Positions 1 to 9,886 of a stretch of 64,000 bases of DNA are shown here, in pieces. Within the stretch, counting starts at the first letter, position 1; every line of letters starts with the position of its first letter. The stretch comes from Longimicrobiales bacterium (GTDB lineage: Bacteria; Gemmatimonadota; Gemmatimonadetes; Longimicrobiales; Gaopeijiaceae). The stretch spans positions 32,001 to 96,000 of the forward strand of contig CAXXKM010000001.1 in the NCBI GenBank assembly GCA_963664435.2, given 5' to 3'. Made by a program: the position numbers and the translations under genes. The notes under the pieces are model-generated. The model ran no database searches, was not told where the DNA came from, and saw only the letters and a program-made list of their open reading frames with translations.

Positions 1-575
1 TCTTCGGTGGTAAGGGTGAGGAGCTGCCCCTCCTCCACCACGCCGGGGATGGCGATGGCCTCGTCGACCATGGCCTCGGCGACCGCCGGATCGAGCTCCG
101 CGGCCTCCGCCAGCGCGCGCATCTCGCTGCGCATCGCCGAGACGATCTTCTCGCTGGCCTTCGCGCCCGAGCCGTCCACCGGGGTCGCGGCGCCGATGAC
201 CGATCCGGGACGCATGAGGATCCCGTCGGTGGCGAGGGAAATCAGGGCGCCGGCGGAGAGCGCGCGGCGATTGACGTAGGCGTACACGGGGATGCCGGCG
301 TCCGCGATGGCGTCGCCGATGCGCTCGGCGGCGTCCACGCGGCCCCCGGGGGTGTCGATGTCCAGCACCAGCGCCGCGGCGCCCTCCGCCTCGGCTTCGC
401 GGATGGCCCGCTCGATGGAGGGCGCGAGACCGAGCTCGATCACGCCGGTGACCGGCACCACTACGACGGGTGCGCGGCCCCCGGGGTCCTGTGGGGTCTC
501 GCCCGCGACGAATCCCAGACTCGCCCCGGCGGCTACGAAGATCCCGCCGGCCATCACACGCATTGACGTCTTCAC
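1..575 (-). CDS. NfeD-family membrane-bound ClpP-class serine protease, N-terminal part (runs off the window)
   Basis: Manual minus-strand translation gives VPVTGVIELGLAPSIERAI...LDIDTPGGRVDAA...ALSAGALISLA...VIGAATPV...SEKIVSAMR...LLTLT. GTG at 575 follows an AGGAGG RBS; alternative ATG at 563. Confidence 0.85.
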   Translation of the reverse strand, partial: MKTSMRVMAGGIFVAAGASLGFVAGETPQDPGGRAPVVVVPVTGVIELGLAPSIERAIREAEAEGAAALVLDIDTPGGRVDAAERIGDAIADAGIPVYAYVNRRALSAGALISLATDGILMRPGSVIGAATPVDGSGAKASEKIVSAMRSEMRALAEAAELDPAVAEAMVDEAIAIPGVVEEGQLLTLTTE

Positions 576-919
576 CAGTGTCGGCCCTCCTCCTCTTGCC
601 GGCCTCCGAAACCCGCGGCTCTCCGCGTCGTCCTGTAATCCCCCGGTCCGCGCGCGCCGTTCCAGCAAGCTAGCGGTCCGTGGATGAATGCGCGCGCAAC
701 GGAAGCGCCGTCTCCTCCCGCGCGCAACGCGACAAGGGACGGACCTGGCTGCGGCGTGCCCGACGGCCCGGACTCGAAACCGCACTTGCCCGCAGGGGCG
801 CTCCCCGGCATGGTGGCGGTGTCCCGAAGCCATGTGGCCGGCCCGCGGTGGACCCGGCAATCTACTTGCCCACCCCGTTGCGCGCGCCGCCGTCCGATTC
901 TCCCCACCCGAGATCAGCC

Positions 920-3900
920 ATGCGCATCATCGCCCGCTCCGCCAGACGCTCGCTCGCCGCTCTCGCGCTCCTGACCTGCGCGTTCCCGTTGCCGGCCCGC
1001 GCCCAGGTCTCCGTCGCCGACGCCCTCTCCGGCCTCTCCCTGCGGGAGATCGGGCCGGCGGTTGCGGGGGGCCGCATCGCCGACATCGAGGTGAACCCCG
1101 CCGACCGGTCCGTATGGTACGTGGCCGTGGGCTCGGGAGGCGTGTGGAAGACGACCAACGCGGGGGTCACCTGGACGCCCGTGTTCGACGACCAGCCCTC
1201 CTATTCCATCGGCGACCTCGCCCTCGACCCCGCGAATCCGGAGGTGGTGTGGGCGGGCACCGGTGAGAACGTGAGCGGCCGGCATGTGGCCTGGGGCTCG
1301 GGGCTCTACCGCAGCCGCGACGGGGGCGGCAGCTGGGAGCAGGTGGGCCTCGCCGACAGCGAGCACATCGGCAAGATCCTCATCCACCCGGATGACGGGA
1401 ACACCGTGCTGGTCGCGGCGGAGGGCCCGCTCTGGTCGGCCGGAGGGGAGCGGGGCGTCTACCGGACCCGCGACGGGGGCGAGAGCTGGCAGCAGGTATT
1501 GGCCCTCGACGAGCACACCGGGGTGACCGACATCGAGTTCGCTCCCGGGAATCCGGACGTCGTGTACGCCGCGGCCTTCCAGCGCCGGCGCCACGTCTGG
1601 GGGTACATGGCGGGCGGTCCGTCGTCGGGCATCCACAAGTCGACCGACGGCGGCGAGAGCTGGCGCGAGGTGACGCGCGGCCTCCCCTCGGGCGACATGG
1701 GCAAGATCGGACTCGCCGTCACGCCCGCCGACCCGGACATCGTCTACGCCACCATCGAAGCGAACGACGAGGAGCGCGGCTTCTACCGCTCCACCGACCA
1801 GGGCGAGAGCTGGGAGAAGCGCAACTCCTACATCTCCGGGGGCACGGGCCCGCACTACTACCAGGAGATCGAAGCCTCCCCCACCGACGCCGATCTGGTG
1901 ATCCAGATGGACGTCTTTTACCAGATCACGCGCGACGGCGGGGCCACGTTCGCGACCCTGGGCACCGGCCGCGAGAAGCACTCCGACAACCACGCCCTCT
2001 GGTTCGACCCCGAGGACACGCGGCACATGCTGGCCGGCACCGACGCGGGACTCTACGAGACCTTCGACGAGGGCGAGACCTGGCGCCACTTCCCCAACAT
2101 GCCCATCTCGCAGTTCTACAAGGTCGCGCTCTCCAACCGCGAGCCGTTCTTCGAGATCCTCGGCGGGGCGCAGGACCTCGGGACGCTGTGGGGGCCCTCG
2201 CGCACGACCCACGTCGAGGGGGTGCGCAACTCGGACTGGTATTTCCCCATGGGCGCGGACGGTTACGGGGTGCAGTTCGATCCCTCGGACCCGGACATCC
2301 TCTATCTGATGACGCAGGTGGGGAACCTGTACCGGGTCGATCGGCGGAGCGACGAGGCCATCCAGATCCAGCCCCAGCCCGAAGTCGGGGATCCGCCGGA
2401 GCGCTGGAACTGGGATTCCCCCATCCTGGTGAGCCCGCACTCCACGAGCCGCCTCTATTTCGCGTCGCAGCGCCTCTGGAGGAGCGAGGACCGGGGCGAT
2501 TCCTGGACCGCGATCAGCGGCGACCTGACCACCGACACCAACCGCTACGAGCTGCCCTTCATGGGCCGGGTGTGGGAGCTCGACGCGCTGCACGACAACG
2601 GCGCGATGTCGATGTACGCGACCATTACCTCGATCAGCGAGAGCCCGGTTCAGGAGGATGCGCTGTACGTGGGCACCGACGACGGGCTGATCCACTTCAG
2701 TCCCGACGCAGGTGGAAGCTGGAGCCGCGCGACGGAGCTGCCGGGGGTTCCCGAGCGCTCGTTCATCAACGATGTCGAGGCCGGCCAGCACGACGCCGCG
2801 ACGGTGTTCGCGGTGGCGGACGCGCACAAGACCGGCGACTACTCGCCCTACGTCTTCCGGAGCGACGACAACGGGCAGAGCTGGTCGTCCATCTCCGGGG
2901 ACCTCGAGGATGGAACCATCGCGTGGGCGATCCAGCAGGACCATGAAAACCAGGATCTGCTCTTCCTCGCGGCGGAGTGGGGCCTCTACTTCTCGCCCAA
3001 CGGAGGCGCCAACTGGCACCGGCTGCCGGGCGCGCCCACCATCGCGTTCCGCGACCTGAAGCTTCACCGGCGAGACGAGGACGTCGTGGGCGCCACCTTC
3101 GGGCGAGGCTTCTACGTGCTGGACGACTACAGCCCGCTGCGCGAGATGGCGGGCGGGGCGCTGGAGGCGGAGGATGGCGCGGGGATGTGGCCGGTGCGCG
3201 ACGCCTGGTGGTACATCCCCAGCGTTCCCAACCAGGCTCCCGGGCGCCCGACGCTCGGAACCGACGCCTACTCGGCGCCCAACCCTCCCTTCGGCGCCAC
3301 GCTCACCTACCTCCTCCCCGTGGTGCCTTCGACCGCCGAGGCTCAACGCGAAGAGCGGGAGCGCGAGATGCGCGAGCTGGGCACCGACGTGCCCTTCCCC
3401 GGATACGAGACCCTGCGCGCCGAAGCCGCCGAGAGCGGGCCCAGGGCACTGGTCCGGGTGTCGGACGCGAACGGCGAGCCCGTGCGCTGGGTGGAGGGTC
3501 CCGCGCGCGCCGGAGTGCACCGCATCGCCTGGGATCTGCGGAGACCCGCACCCAACCCCATAGACCTCTCCACCCCCGGCTTCATCCCCCCGTGGGCGTC
3601 CGCTCCGGCCGGGCCGCTGGCGCCACCCGGCGAGTACTCGGCGCAGCTGGTGCTCGTCACCGCCGACGGCGTGGAGGAGATCGGCGGGGCACGGAGCTTC
3701 CAGGTCAAGCCGGTTCCGAGCGCGCCTCCGGGCACCGACTTCGTGGCGGTGGCGGCCTTTCAGCAGCGCGTAAGCGAACTGCAGCGGCGCATCGGGGTGG
3801 CCGGTTCCGAACTCGGACGCCAATCGGGGCGGCTCGGCTACATGCGCGCCGCGCTGCTGCGCACACCCGCCGCGGGCGCCGAACTCTTCGGCCGCATCGA

Positions 3901-4210
3901 CGAGGTCGAGCAGGCCCTCGCCGGCATCCGCCTGCGGCTCCAGGGCGACCAGCTGCGCGGATCTCTCAACGAGCCCGGCGTACCGTCGGTCGCCAACCGG
4001 GTGGGCAACGTCGCGGGAGGTCACGGGCAGACGCGCCAGAATCCGACCGCGACCCAGCGGCGCAACATCGAGATCGCCGAGGGGGACCTCGCGGGCCTCG
4101 AGCGCGACCTCGCCGGCATCATCGAGGGGCCGCTGGCCGAGTTGGAGGAGGCGCTGGCCGCCGCAGGTGCACCCTGGACGCCGGGACGCCAGATCGGTCC
4201 ATCGCGCTGA
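920..4210 (+). CDS. Secreted Vps10/BNR (Asp-box) repeat beta-propeller protein, putative glycosyl hydrolase
   Basis: Signal peptide ending ARA-Q, 'REIGPAVAGGRI' start, many SxDGGxSW repeats, C-terminal coiled coil. Confidence 0.85.
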   Translation: MRIIARSARRSLAALALLTCAFPLPARAQVSVADALSGLSLREIGPAVAGGRIADIEVNPADRSVWYVAVGSGGVWKTTNAGVTWTPVFDDQPSYSIGDLALDPANPEVVWAGTGENVSGRHVAWGSGLYRSRDGGGSWEQVGLADSEHIGKILIHPDDGNTVLVAAEGPLWSAGGERGVYRTRDGGESWQQVLALDEHTGVTDIEFAPGNPDVVYAAAFQRRRHVWGYMAGGPSSGIHKSTDGGESWREVTRGLPSGDMGKIGLAVTPADPDIVYATIEANDEERGFYRSTDQGESWEKRNSYISGGTGPHYYQEIEASPTDADLVIQMDVFYQITRDGGATFATLGTGREKHSDNHALWFDPEDTRHMLAGTDAGLYETFDEGETWRHFPNMPISQFYKVALSNREPFFEILGGAQDLGTLWGPSRTTHVEGVRNSDWYFPMGADGYGVQFDPSDPDILYLMTQVGNLYRVDRRSDEAIQIQPQPEVGDPPERWNWDSPILVSPHSTSRLYFASQRLWRSEDRGDSWTAISGDLTTDTNRYELPFMGRVWELDALHDNGAMSMYATITSISESPVQEDALYVGTDDGLIHFSPDAGGSWSRATELPGVPERSFINDVEAGQHDAATVFAVADAHKTGDYSPYVFRSDDNGQSWSSISGDLEDGTIAWAIQQDHENQDLLFLAAEWGLYFSPNGGANWHRLPGAPTIAFRDLKLHRRDEDVVGATFGRGFYVLDDYSPLREMAGGALEAEDGAGMWPVRDAWWYIPSVPNQAPGRPTLGTDAYSAPNPPFGATLTYLLPVVPSTAEAQREEREREMRELGTDVPFPGYETLRAEAAESGPRALVRVSDANGEPVRWVEGPARAGVHRIAWDLRRPAPNPIDLSTPGFIPPWASAPAGPLAPPGEYSAQLVLVTADGVEEIGGARSFQVKPVPSAPPGTDFVAVAAFQQRVSELQRRIGVAGSELGRQSGRLGYMRAALLRTPAAGAELFGRIDEVEQALAGIRLRLQGDQLRGSLNEPGVPSVANRVGNVAGGHGQTRQNPTATQRRNIEIAEGDLAGLERDLAGIIEGPLAELEEALAAAGAPWTPGRQIGPSR

Positions 4211-4361
4211 GGGCGCCGCTGCGGACAGTCCGTCGGGTACCCCGGAGCACGGCATGGCCGCTCCGGCATTGAGCCCGGCGTCGGGTACCCCGGCCGATCC
4301 GGGCTTCCACCGCCGGAGCGCGGCGGCCCCTCCATGGGTCCCCGCACCGGAGCCCTGACAC

Positions 4362-4367
4362 TATAAT
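4362..4367 (+). promoter_or_regulatory. Sigma70-type -10 box for the catabolic operon
   Basis: Perfect TATAAT in GC-rich DNA about 50 nt upstream of ATG 4420; no canonical -35. Confidence 0.55.
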
Positions 4368-4419
4368 TGTGCCGCCGATGCCCAGATTCCACCGCACCAT
4401 CCATCAGGGAGAAACCCGA

Positions 4420-5220
4420 ATGACCGACCAGACCCTGGTCCACTACGACGTCCAGGACGGAGTCTGCCTCCTGACCCTCGACGATCCTCCGGCCAACACC
4501 TACACCTACGCCATGATGCAGCAGCTCGACGCCTGCATCCTGCGGGCGCGCATGGACGAGGACGCGCACGTCATCGTGCTCACCGGCAAGGGCGAGAAGT
4601 TCTTCAGCGCGGGCGCCAGCATCCAGATGCTCAACGAGGTGACGCCGACCTTCAAGTACTTCTTCTGCCTTCACGCCAACGAGACGCTCAACCGCCTCGA
4701 GCACACCCCGAAGCTCACCATCGGCGCGCTCAACGGGCACACGGTGGGCGGCGGGCTCGAGATCGCGATGGCCTGCGATCTGCGGGTTGCACGCGCCGGC
4801 GGTTCCCGGGTCGGGCTCCCGGAGATCAACCTGGGCGTGCTGCCGGGCACCGGTGGCACCCAGCGGCTGGCGCGCCTGGTCGGCAAGTCGCGCTCCATCG
4901 AGATGATGACCACGGGCCAGCTCTTCGGCTTTGCCGAGGCCCTCGACCACGGCATCATCAACCGCGTGATCGAGGCCGACTCCGGCGAGGACTTCATGGC
5001 GAAGGTTCTGGATTTCGCGGGTCGGTTCACGCCGCCGACAAAGGCATCGAAGGCGGTGGGCCTGATCAAGAGGTCGGTGCAGACCGGGGCCGAGATCCCG
5101 TTCGAGACCGGGCTGGCCGTCGAGCGGGAGCTCCAGCAGCAGCTCTTCCAGAGCGAGGATGCCGCCGAGGGCATCGCCGCCTACGTCGAGAAGCGCCGCG
5201 CCAACTTCCAGGGCAGATAG
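4420..5220 (+). CDS. Enoyl-CoA hydratase/isomerase (crotonase family)
   Basis: FFSAGA, NGHTVGGGLEIAMACD, GLPEINLGVLPGTGGTQRL; GGGAG RBS. Confidence 0.9.
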   Translation: MTDQTLVHYDVQDGVCLLTLDDPPANTYTYAMMQQLDACILRARMDEDAHVIVLTGKGEKFFSAGASIQMLNEVTPTFKYFFCLHANETLNRLEHTPKLTIGALNGHTVGGGLEIAMACDLRVARAGGSRVGLPEINLGVLPGTGGTQRLARLVGKSRSIEMMTTGQLFGFAEALDHGIINRVIEADSGEDFMAKVLDFAGRFTPPTKASKAVGLIKRSVQTGAEIPFETGLAVERELQQQLFQSEDAAEGIAAYVEKRRANFQGR

Positions 5221-5223
5221 GCG

Positions 5224-6681
5224 ATGAGCGACGTGTCCGCACGCGGCCTCTGGATCGACAACGAGAGTGTGCCCTCCGCCTCCGGGGGCACCTTCACCAC
5301 CACCAACCCCGCGACCGGCGAGGTGCTCGCCGAGGTGGCGGAGGGAACCGCGGAGGACGTGGGGCGGGCTGTGGAGTCCGCGCACGCGGCGCTCGCGTCG
5401 AAGGCCTGGAGGCGCACCGATGCCCACAAGCGCTCGCGGCTGCTCTGGCGACTGGCCGACCTGATCGAGCGCGACGCCCAGGCGATCGCGGAGACGGAGA
5501 CCCGCGACAACGGCAAGCCCATCTTCGAGTCGCGCTACGTCGACGTGCCGAGCGTGGTGGAGAACTTCCGCTATTTCGCCGGGCTGGCCGACAAGATCCA
5601 GGGCGAGACCATCCCGGTGAAAGGGCCGTTCCTGAACTACACGCTGCGCGAGCCGGTGGGGGTGGTCGGGTGCATCGTGCCGTGGAATTTCCCGCTCTCG
5701 CTCGCGACCTGGAAGGTGGCCCCGGCGCTGGCGTGCGGGAACGCGGTGGTGCTGAAGCCGGCCATGGAGACGCCGCTCACGGCCCTGCTGCTGGGCGAGT
5801 TGGCTGCGGAGGCGGGCTTTCCGCCGGGCATTCTGAACGTCGTCCCCGGACGCGGCACGCGGGCGGGCGCGGCCATGGTGCGCCATCCCGGCGTGGACGC
5901 CATCGCCTTCACAGGCTCGACCGAGGTGGGCAAGACCATCATGCGGGAGGCGGCGGACACGCTGAAGAAGGTCTCTCTCGAGCTCGGCGGCAAATCGCCC
6001 AACATCGTCTTCGCGGACGCCGACCTGGGCAGCGCCGTGCGCGGAGCGAACACCGGCATCTTTTATGGAAAGGGCGAGGTGTGCGCGGCGGGCTCCCGCA
6101 TCCTGGTGCAGGAAGGGGTCTACGAGGAGTTCCTCGACGGACTGGCCGCCCGCGCGAACAGGATGGCCGTCGGCGATCCCATGGGCCCCAGGACGCGCAT
6201 GGGGGCGATCGTCAGCCGCAGGCAGCAAGAGGTGGTGCTCGGCTACATCGATGCCGGCAAGGCCGACGGCGCCCGACTGGTGGCGGGGGGCAAGGCCGCC
6301 ACGGTGAACGGCAAGGGCAACTTCGTGCAGGCGACCATCTTCGCGGACGTCACCCCGGAGATGCGCATCGCGCAGGAGGAGATCTTCGGGCCGGTGGCGG
6401 CGGTGATCCCCTTCACCGACACGGCCGACGCCGTCGAGAAGGCCAACCAGACGATCTACGGGCTCGCGGCCGGGATCTGGACCCGCGACGTGGGCCGGGC
6501 GCACCGCATCGCCCGGGAAATCCGTGCCGGAACCGTGTGGATCAACACCTACAACCAGTACGACTCCGGGTCGCCCTTCGGCGGGTACAAGCAGAGCGGG
6601 TTCGGCCGCGACCTGGGCTACCAGGCGGCGCTCGACAAGTACACCCAGGTAAAGAGCGTGTGGGTGGCGCTGGACGGATGA
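5224..6681 (+). CDS. NAD(P)-dependent aldehyde dehydrogenase
   Basis: PWNFP, FTGSTEVG, LELGGKSP, GEVCAAG (catalytic Cys), EEIFGPV, PFGGYKQSG. Confidence 0.95.
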   Translation: MSDVSARGLWIDNESVPSASGGTFTTTNPATGEVLAEVAEGTAEDVGRAVESAHAALASKAWRRTDAHKRSRLLWRLADLIERDAQAIAETETRDNGKPIFESRYVDVPSVVENFRYFAGLADKIQGETIPVKGPFLNYTLREPVGVVGCIVPWNFPLSLATWKVAPALACGNAVVLKPAMETPLTALLLGELAAEAGFPPGILNVVPGRGTRAGAAMVRHPGVDAIAFTGSTEVGKTIMREAADTLKKVSLELGGKSPNIVFADADLGSAVRGANTGIFYGKGEVCAAGSRILVQEGVYEEFLDGLAARANRMAVGDPMGPRTRMGAIVSRRQQEVVLGYIDAGKADGARLVAGGKAATVNGKGNFVQATIFADVTPEMRIAQEEIFGPVAAVIPFTDTADAVEKANQTIYGLAAGIWTRDVGRAHRIAREIRAGTVWINTYNQYDSGSPFGGYKQSGFGRDLGYQAALDKYTQVKSVWVALDG

Positions 6682-6747
6682 GGAGCCGCAGGTCGGATGA
6701 CGGCGGTTGTCGGATGAGGGCGGTGCACGGATGAGGGAGCAGGCCAA

Positions 6748-7944
6748 ATGAAGCGAGCGGTCATCGTCGATGCCGTCCGAACCCCGATAGGACGGCACGG
6801 GGGCGCACTCGCCGCGGTGCGCCCGGACGACCTCGCGGCCGGGGTGATCCGCGCCCTGGTCGACCGCAACGGGCTCGACCCGGCCGGCGTCGACGACGTG
6901 ATCTTCGGGTGCACCAACCAAGCCGGCGAGGACAACCGCAACGTCGCCCGCATGGGGCTGCTGCGGGCGGAGCTGCCGGTCACGGTGCCCGGGCAGACCG
7001 TCAACCGGCTGTGCGGCTCCGGGCTCCAGGCAGTCGACGGCGCCTTCCACGCCATCGCGGCCGGCGAGGGCGAGGTGTTCATCGCCGGCGGCGTGGAGAG
7101 CATGAGCCGGGCGCCCTGGGTCATGCTGAAACCGTCCATGGGGTACCCGCGCGGCACCCCCGCCGTGGCCGACACCGTGCTGGGCTGGCGCTTCCCCAAC
7201 CCCGCCTTCACCCCCGAGTGGACCATCGGGCTGGGGCAGACCGCCGAGGTGGTGGCGCGGGAGTTCGGGGTAACCCGCGAGGAGCAGGACGCCTTCGCCG
7301 CCGAAAGCCAGGCGCGCGCCCAGCGTGCCATCGAGGGGGACCGCTTCCGCGACGAACTGGTGCCGGTCGAGGTCCCGAAGCGGAAGGGCGGGCCGGTTCC
7401 GGTCGACACCGACGAGCACCCGCGCGCCGGAGTGACCACCGAGTCGCTGGCCCGGCTTCGCCCCGTCTTCGAGAAGGGCGGGACGGTCACGGCGGGCAAC
7501 TCGTCGGGCATCAACGACGGAGCGGCCGCGCTGCTGGTCATGGAGGAGGATCGCGCGCGCGGTCTGGGCCTCGCCCCGATGGGCCGCATCCGCGCGAGCG
7601 CGGTGGTCGGAGTGGAGCCCCAACGCATGGGAATCGGGCCGGTTCCCGCCACCCAAAGAGCATTCCGGCGCGCCGGCATCGGCCCCGGAGACGTCGAACT
7701 GGCCGAGGTCAACGAAGCCTTCGCCGCGCAGGCCATCCCTTGTCTGCGCCTCCTCGAACTCGACCCGGAGCGGGTCAACGTGAACGGGGGGGCGATCGCG
7801 CTCGGGCACCCCGTGGGCTGCTCGGGGGCGCGCATCCTTTGCACGCTGGTGCACGAGATGGTGAAGCGCGGCAGCGGGGTCGGGCTCGCCACCATGTGCA
7901 TCGGGGTCGGCCAGGGGATCGCCACCGTGGTCACGGCGGAATAG
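6748..7944 (+). CDS. Thiolase, PcaF/PaaJ-like (3-oxoadipyl-CoA thiolase type)
   Basis: QAGEDNRNVARM, NRLCGSG, NEAFAAQ, GGAIALGHP, MCIGVGQG. Confidence 0.9.
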   Translation: MKRAVIVDAVRTPIGRHGGALAAVRPDDLAAGVIRALVDRNGLDPAGVDDVIFGCTNQAGEDNRNVARMGLLRAELPVTVPGQTVNRLCGSGLQAVDGAFHAIAAGEGEVFIAGGVESMSRAPWVMLKPSMGYPRGTPAVADTVLGWRFPNPAFTPEWTIGLGQTAEVVAREFGVTREEQDAFAAESQARAQRAIEGDRFRDELVPVEVPKRKGGPVPVDTDEHPRAGVTTESLARLRPVFEKGGTVTAGNSSGINDGAAALLVMEEDRARGLGLAPMGRIRASAVVGVEPQRMGIGPVPATQRAFRRAGIGPGDVELAEVNEAFAAQAIPCLRLLELDPERVNVNGGAIALGHPVGCSGARILCTLVHEMVKRGSGVGLATMCIGVGQGIATVVTAE

Positions 7945-7968
7945 CAGCCCGTGGACTGCCCGCGCCGA

Positions 7969-8841
7969 ATGGCCAACCGGATCGAGCGCGTCACCGTCCT
8001 GGGCGCCGGGGTCATGGGTCACGGCATCGCCCAGGTGGCGGCCATGGCCGGGCACCGGGTCACCCTCCACGACCCCGACGCGGCGGCCGCCGACCGCGGC
8101 CTGGCCCGCATCCGCGCCAACCTGGACAAGGGCGTCTCTCTCGGAAAGGTGCGCGAGGAGGAGCGGGCGGAGGCACTCGACCGCATCTCCCCGGAACCGT
8201 CGCTGGCGGCCGCTTGCGAACGGGCGGACCTGGTGGTGGAGGCCGCCCCCGAGCGCATGGAGATGAAGCGGAGCCTCTTCCGGGACGTGGAGGCCGCCGC
8301 TCCCCCCTCGGCGCTGCTGGCCACCAACACCTCCTCCCTCAGCATCGACGCGATCGCCGAGGTGCTCGCCGAGCCGGAGCGCTTCCTCGGGCTGCACTTC
8401 TTCAACCCCGTGCACCTGATGGCGCTGGTGGAAGTCGTGCGCGGCAGCCGCACCGGCGAAGCCACGCTGGACGCGGGCGTCGCATTCGCGCGCGGCCTCG
8501 GAAAGGACCCCATCGTCGTCCGCGACGCTCCCGGCTTCGCTTCCTCGCGGCTCGGCGTGGCCCTGGGGCTCGAGGCCATGCGCATGGTGGAAGAGGACGT
8601 GGCCGAGCCCGCGGACATCGACAAGGCGATGGTGCTGGGCTACCGGCACCCCATGGGGCCGCTCCGCCTCACCGACCTGGTGGGGCTCGACGTGCGCCTG
8701 GCCATCGCCGAGTACCTGCATGAGAAGCTGGGCGGGGAGCGGTACCGTCCCCCCGCCATCTTGCGGCGCATGGTGGAAGAGGGGAAGCTCGGAAGGAAGA
8801 CGGGAGAGGGTTTCTACCGCTGGGACAAGGGGGGACGTTGA
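7969..8841 (+). CDS. 3-hydroxyacyl-CoA dehydrogenase
   Basis: GAGVMGHGIA Rossmann motif, ATNTSSLSI, GLHFFNP, HPMGPL, LGRKTGEGFY. Confidence 0.92.
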   Translation: MANRIERVTVLGAGVMGHGIAQVAAMAGHRVTLHDPDAAAADRGLARIRANLDKGVSLGKVREEERAEALDRISPEPSLAAACERADLVVEAAPERMEMKRSLFRDVEAAAPPSALLATNTSSLSIDAIAEVLAEPERFLGLHFFNPVHLMALVEVVRGSRTGEATLDAGVAFARGLGKDPIVVRDAPGFASSRLGVALGLEAMRMVEEDVAEPADIDKAMVLGYRHPMGPLRLTDLVGLDVRLAIAEYLHEKLGGERYRPPAILRRMVEEGKLGRKTGEGFYRWDKGGR

Positions 8842-9638
8842 CGGCGTCGGCGGACAGGGCGGAATACCGGACCATCGTGGTTGAGCGCGAAGGCCCCGTC
8901 GCGACCGTGCGCATCAACCGGCCCGACAAGCTGAACGCCCTCAACGCCGTGGTGCGGCGCGAGATCGCGCAGGCGATGGACCGGCTGGCCGAGGACGACG
9001 CCGTGCGGGTCGCCGTCCTGTGCGGGACCGGCGAGAAGGCCTTCGCGGCGGGCGCCGACGTCTCCGAGTTCGCCGGGCGCACCGCCGGCGAGCAGCGGGA
9101 GGTCTACCGGCGCCGGCGCGTGTACGACGCGGTGGCCGCCTTCCCCAAGCCTCTCATAGCCGCCATCCACGGTTTCTGCCTGGGGGGCGGGGTCGAACTG
9201 GCGCTCGCCTGCGACGTGCGCGTCGCCGACCCGAGCGCCCGCTTCGGCCAGTTCGAGATTCGTCTGGGGCTGATTCCGGGCGCCGGCGGTACCCAGCGTC
9301 TGGCGCGCCTGGTCGGGCCGGGTCAGGCTGCCCGCATCGCGCTCAGCGGCGACGTGGTCGACGCGGCCGAAGCCCACCGCATCGGCCTGGTGGAGATCCT
9401 CGCCGACGAGGGCGAGCACCTCGCCCGGGCACGGGAGCTGGCCGGACGCATGGCGCGCTGGAGCCCGGTCGCGCTCGGGCTGGTCAAGGAGTCGCTCGGG
9501 GCCGCCGCCGAGACGCCGCTGGCCGAGGGGCTGGCGCTTGAGAAGGAACTCTTCCTCGCGGCCTTCGCAAGCGCCGATGGGCGCGAGGGCGTACGCGCGT
9601 TCGTGGAGAAGCGCCGCCCGGAGTTCCGCGGACGATGA
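8838..9638 (+). CDS. Enoyl-CoA hydratase (PaaF-like crotonase)
   Basis: NRPDKLNALN, AFAAGAD, GGGVELALACD, PGAGGTQRL; TTG start overlaps the upstream stop. Confidence 0.9.
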   Translation: MTASADRAEYRTIVVEREGPVATVRINRPDKLNALNAVVRREIAQAMDRLAEDDAVRVAVLCGTGEKAFAAGADVSEFAGRTAGEQREVYRRRRVYDAVAAFPKPLIAAIHGFCLGGGVELALACDVRVADPSARFGQFEIRLGLIPGAGGTQRLARLVGPGQAARIALSGDVVDAAEAHRIGLVEILADEGEHLARARELAGRMARWSPVALGLVKESLGAAAETPLAEGLALEKELFLAAFASADGREGVRAFVEKRRPEFRGR

Positions 9639-9886
9639 ACCGGGTGAAGCTGGTGCGCGCCGCGGCCACGATCTACTTCGTGCTGTTCCTGATCTTCGTC
9701 ACCTGGCCGGGCTTCGTCCCCTTCAACCGTCCCCTTCCCCCGGTGCTGGGCCTGCCCTTCAACATGGCCGCGATCGCGCTCTGGGTGGGGTTCGGGGCGG
9801 TGGTGCTCTTCGTGCTGGACCGCTCCGAGGAGCGAAACCGCGCCGGCGGACCCGGGCAGGACGCGCAGGACGGAGGTGCCGGGTAG
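9635..9886 (+). CDS. Small two-TM partner of the SSS transporter (DUF3311/DUF485-like)
   Basis: Two hydrophobic segments with a 'PPVLGLPF' loop, directly upstream of an SSS gene. Confidence 0.75.
   Translation: MNRVKLVRAAATIYFVLFLIFVTWPGFVPFNRPLPPVLGLPFNMAAIALWVGFGAVVLFVLDRSEERNRAGGPGQDAQDGGAG

Noticed and set aside
914..8721. Very long antisense ORFs (914-4255 and 4021-8721; likewise 50918-54256 and 32571-35309)
   Set aside because: Shadow frames of real GC-rich genes, with no recognisable motifs.
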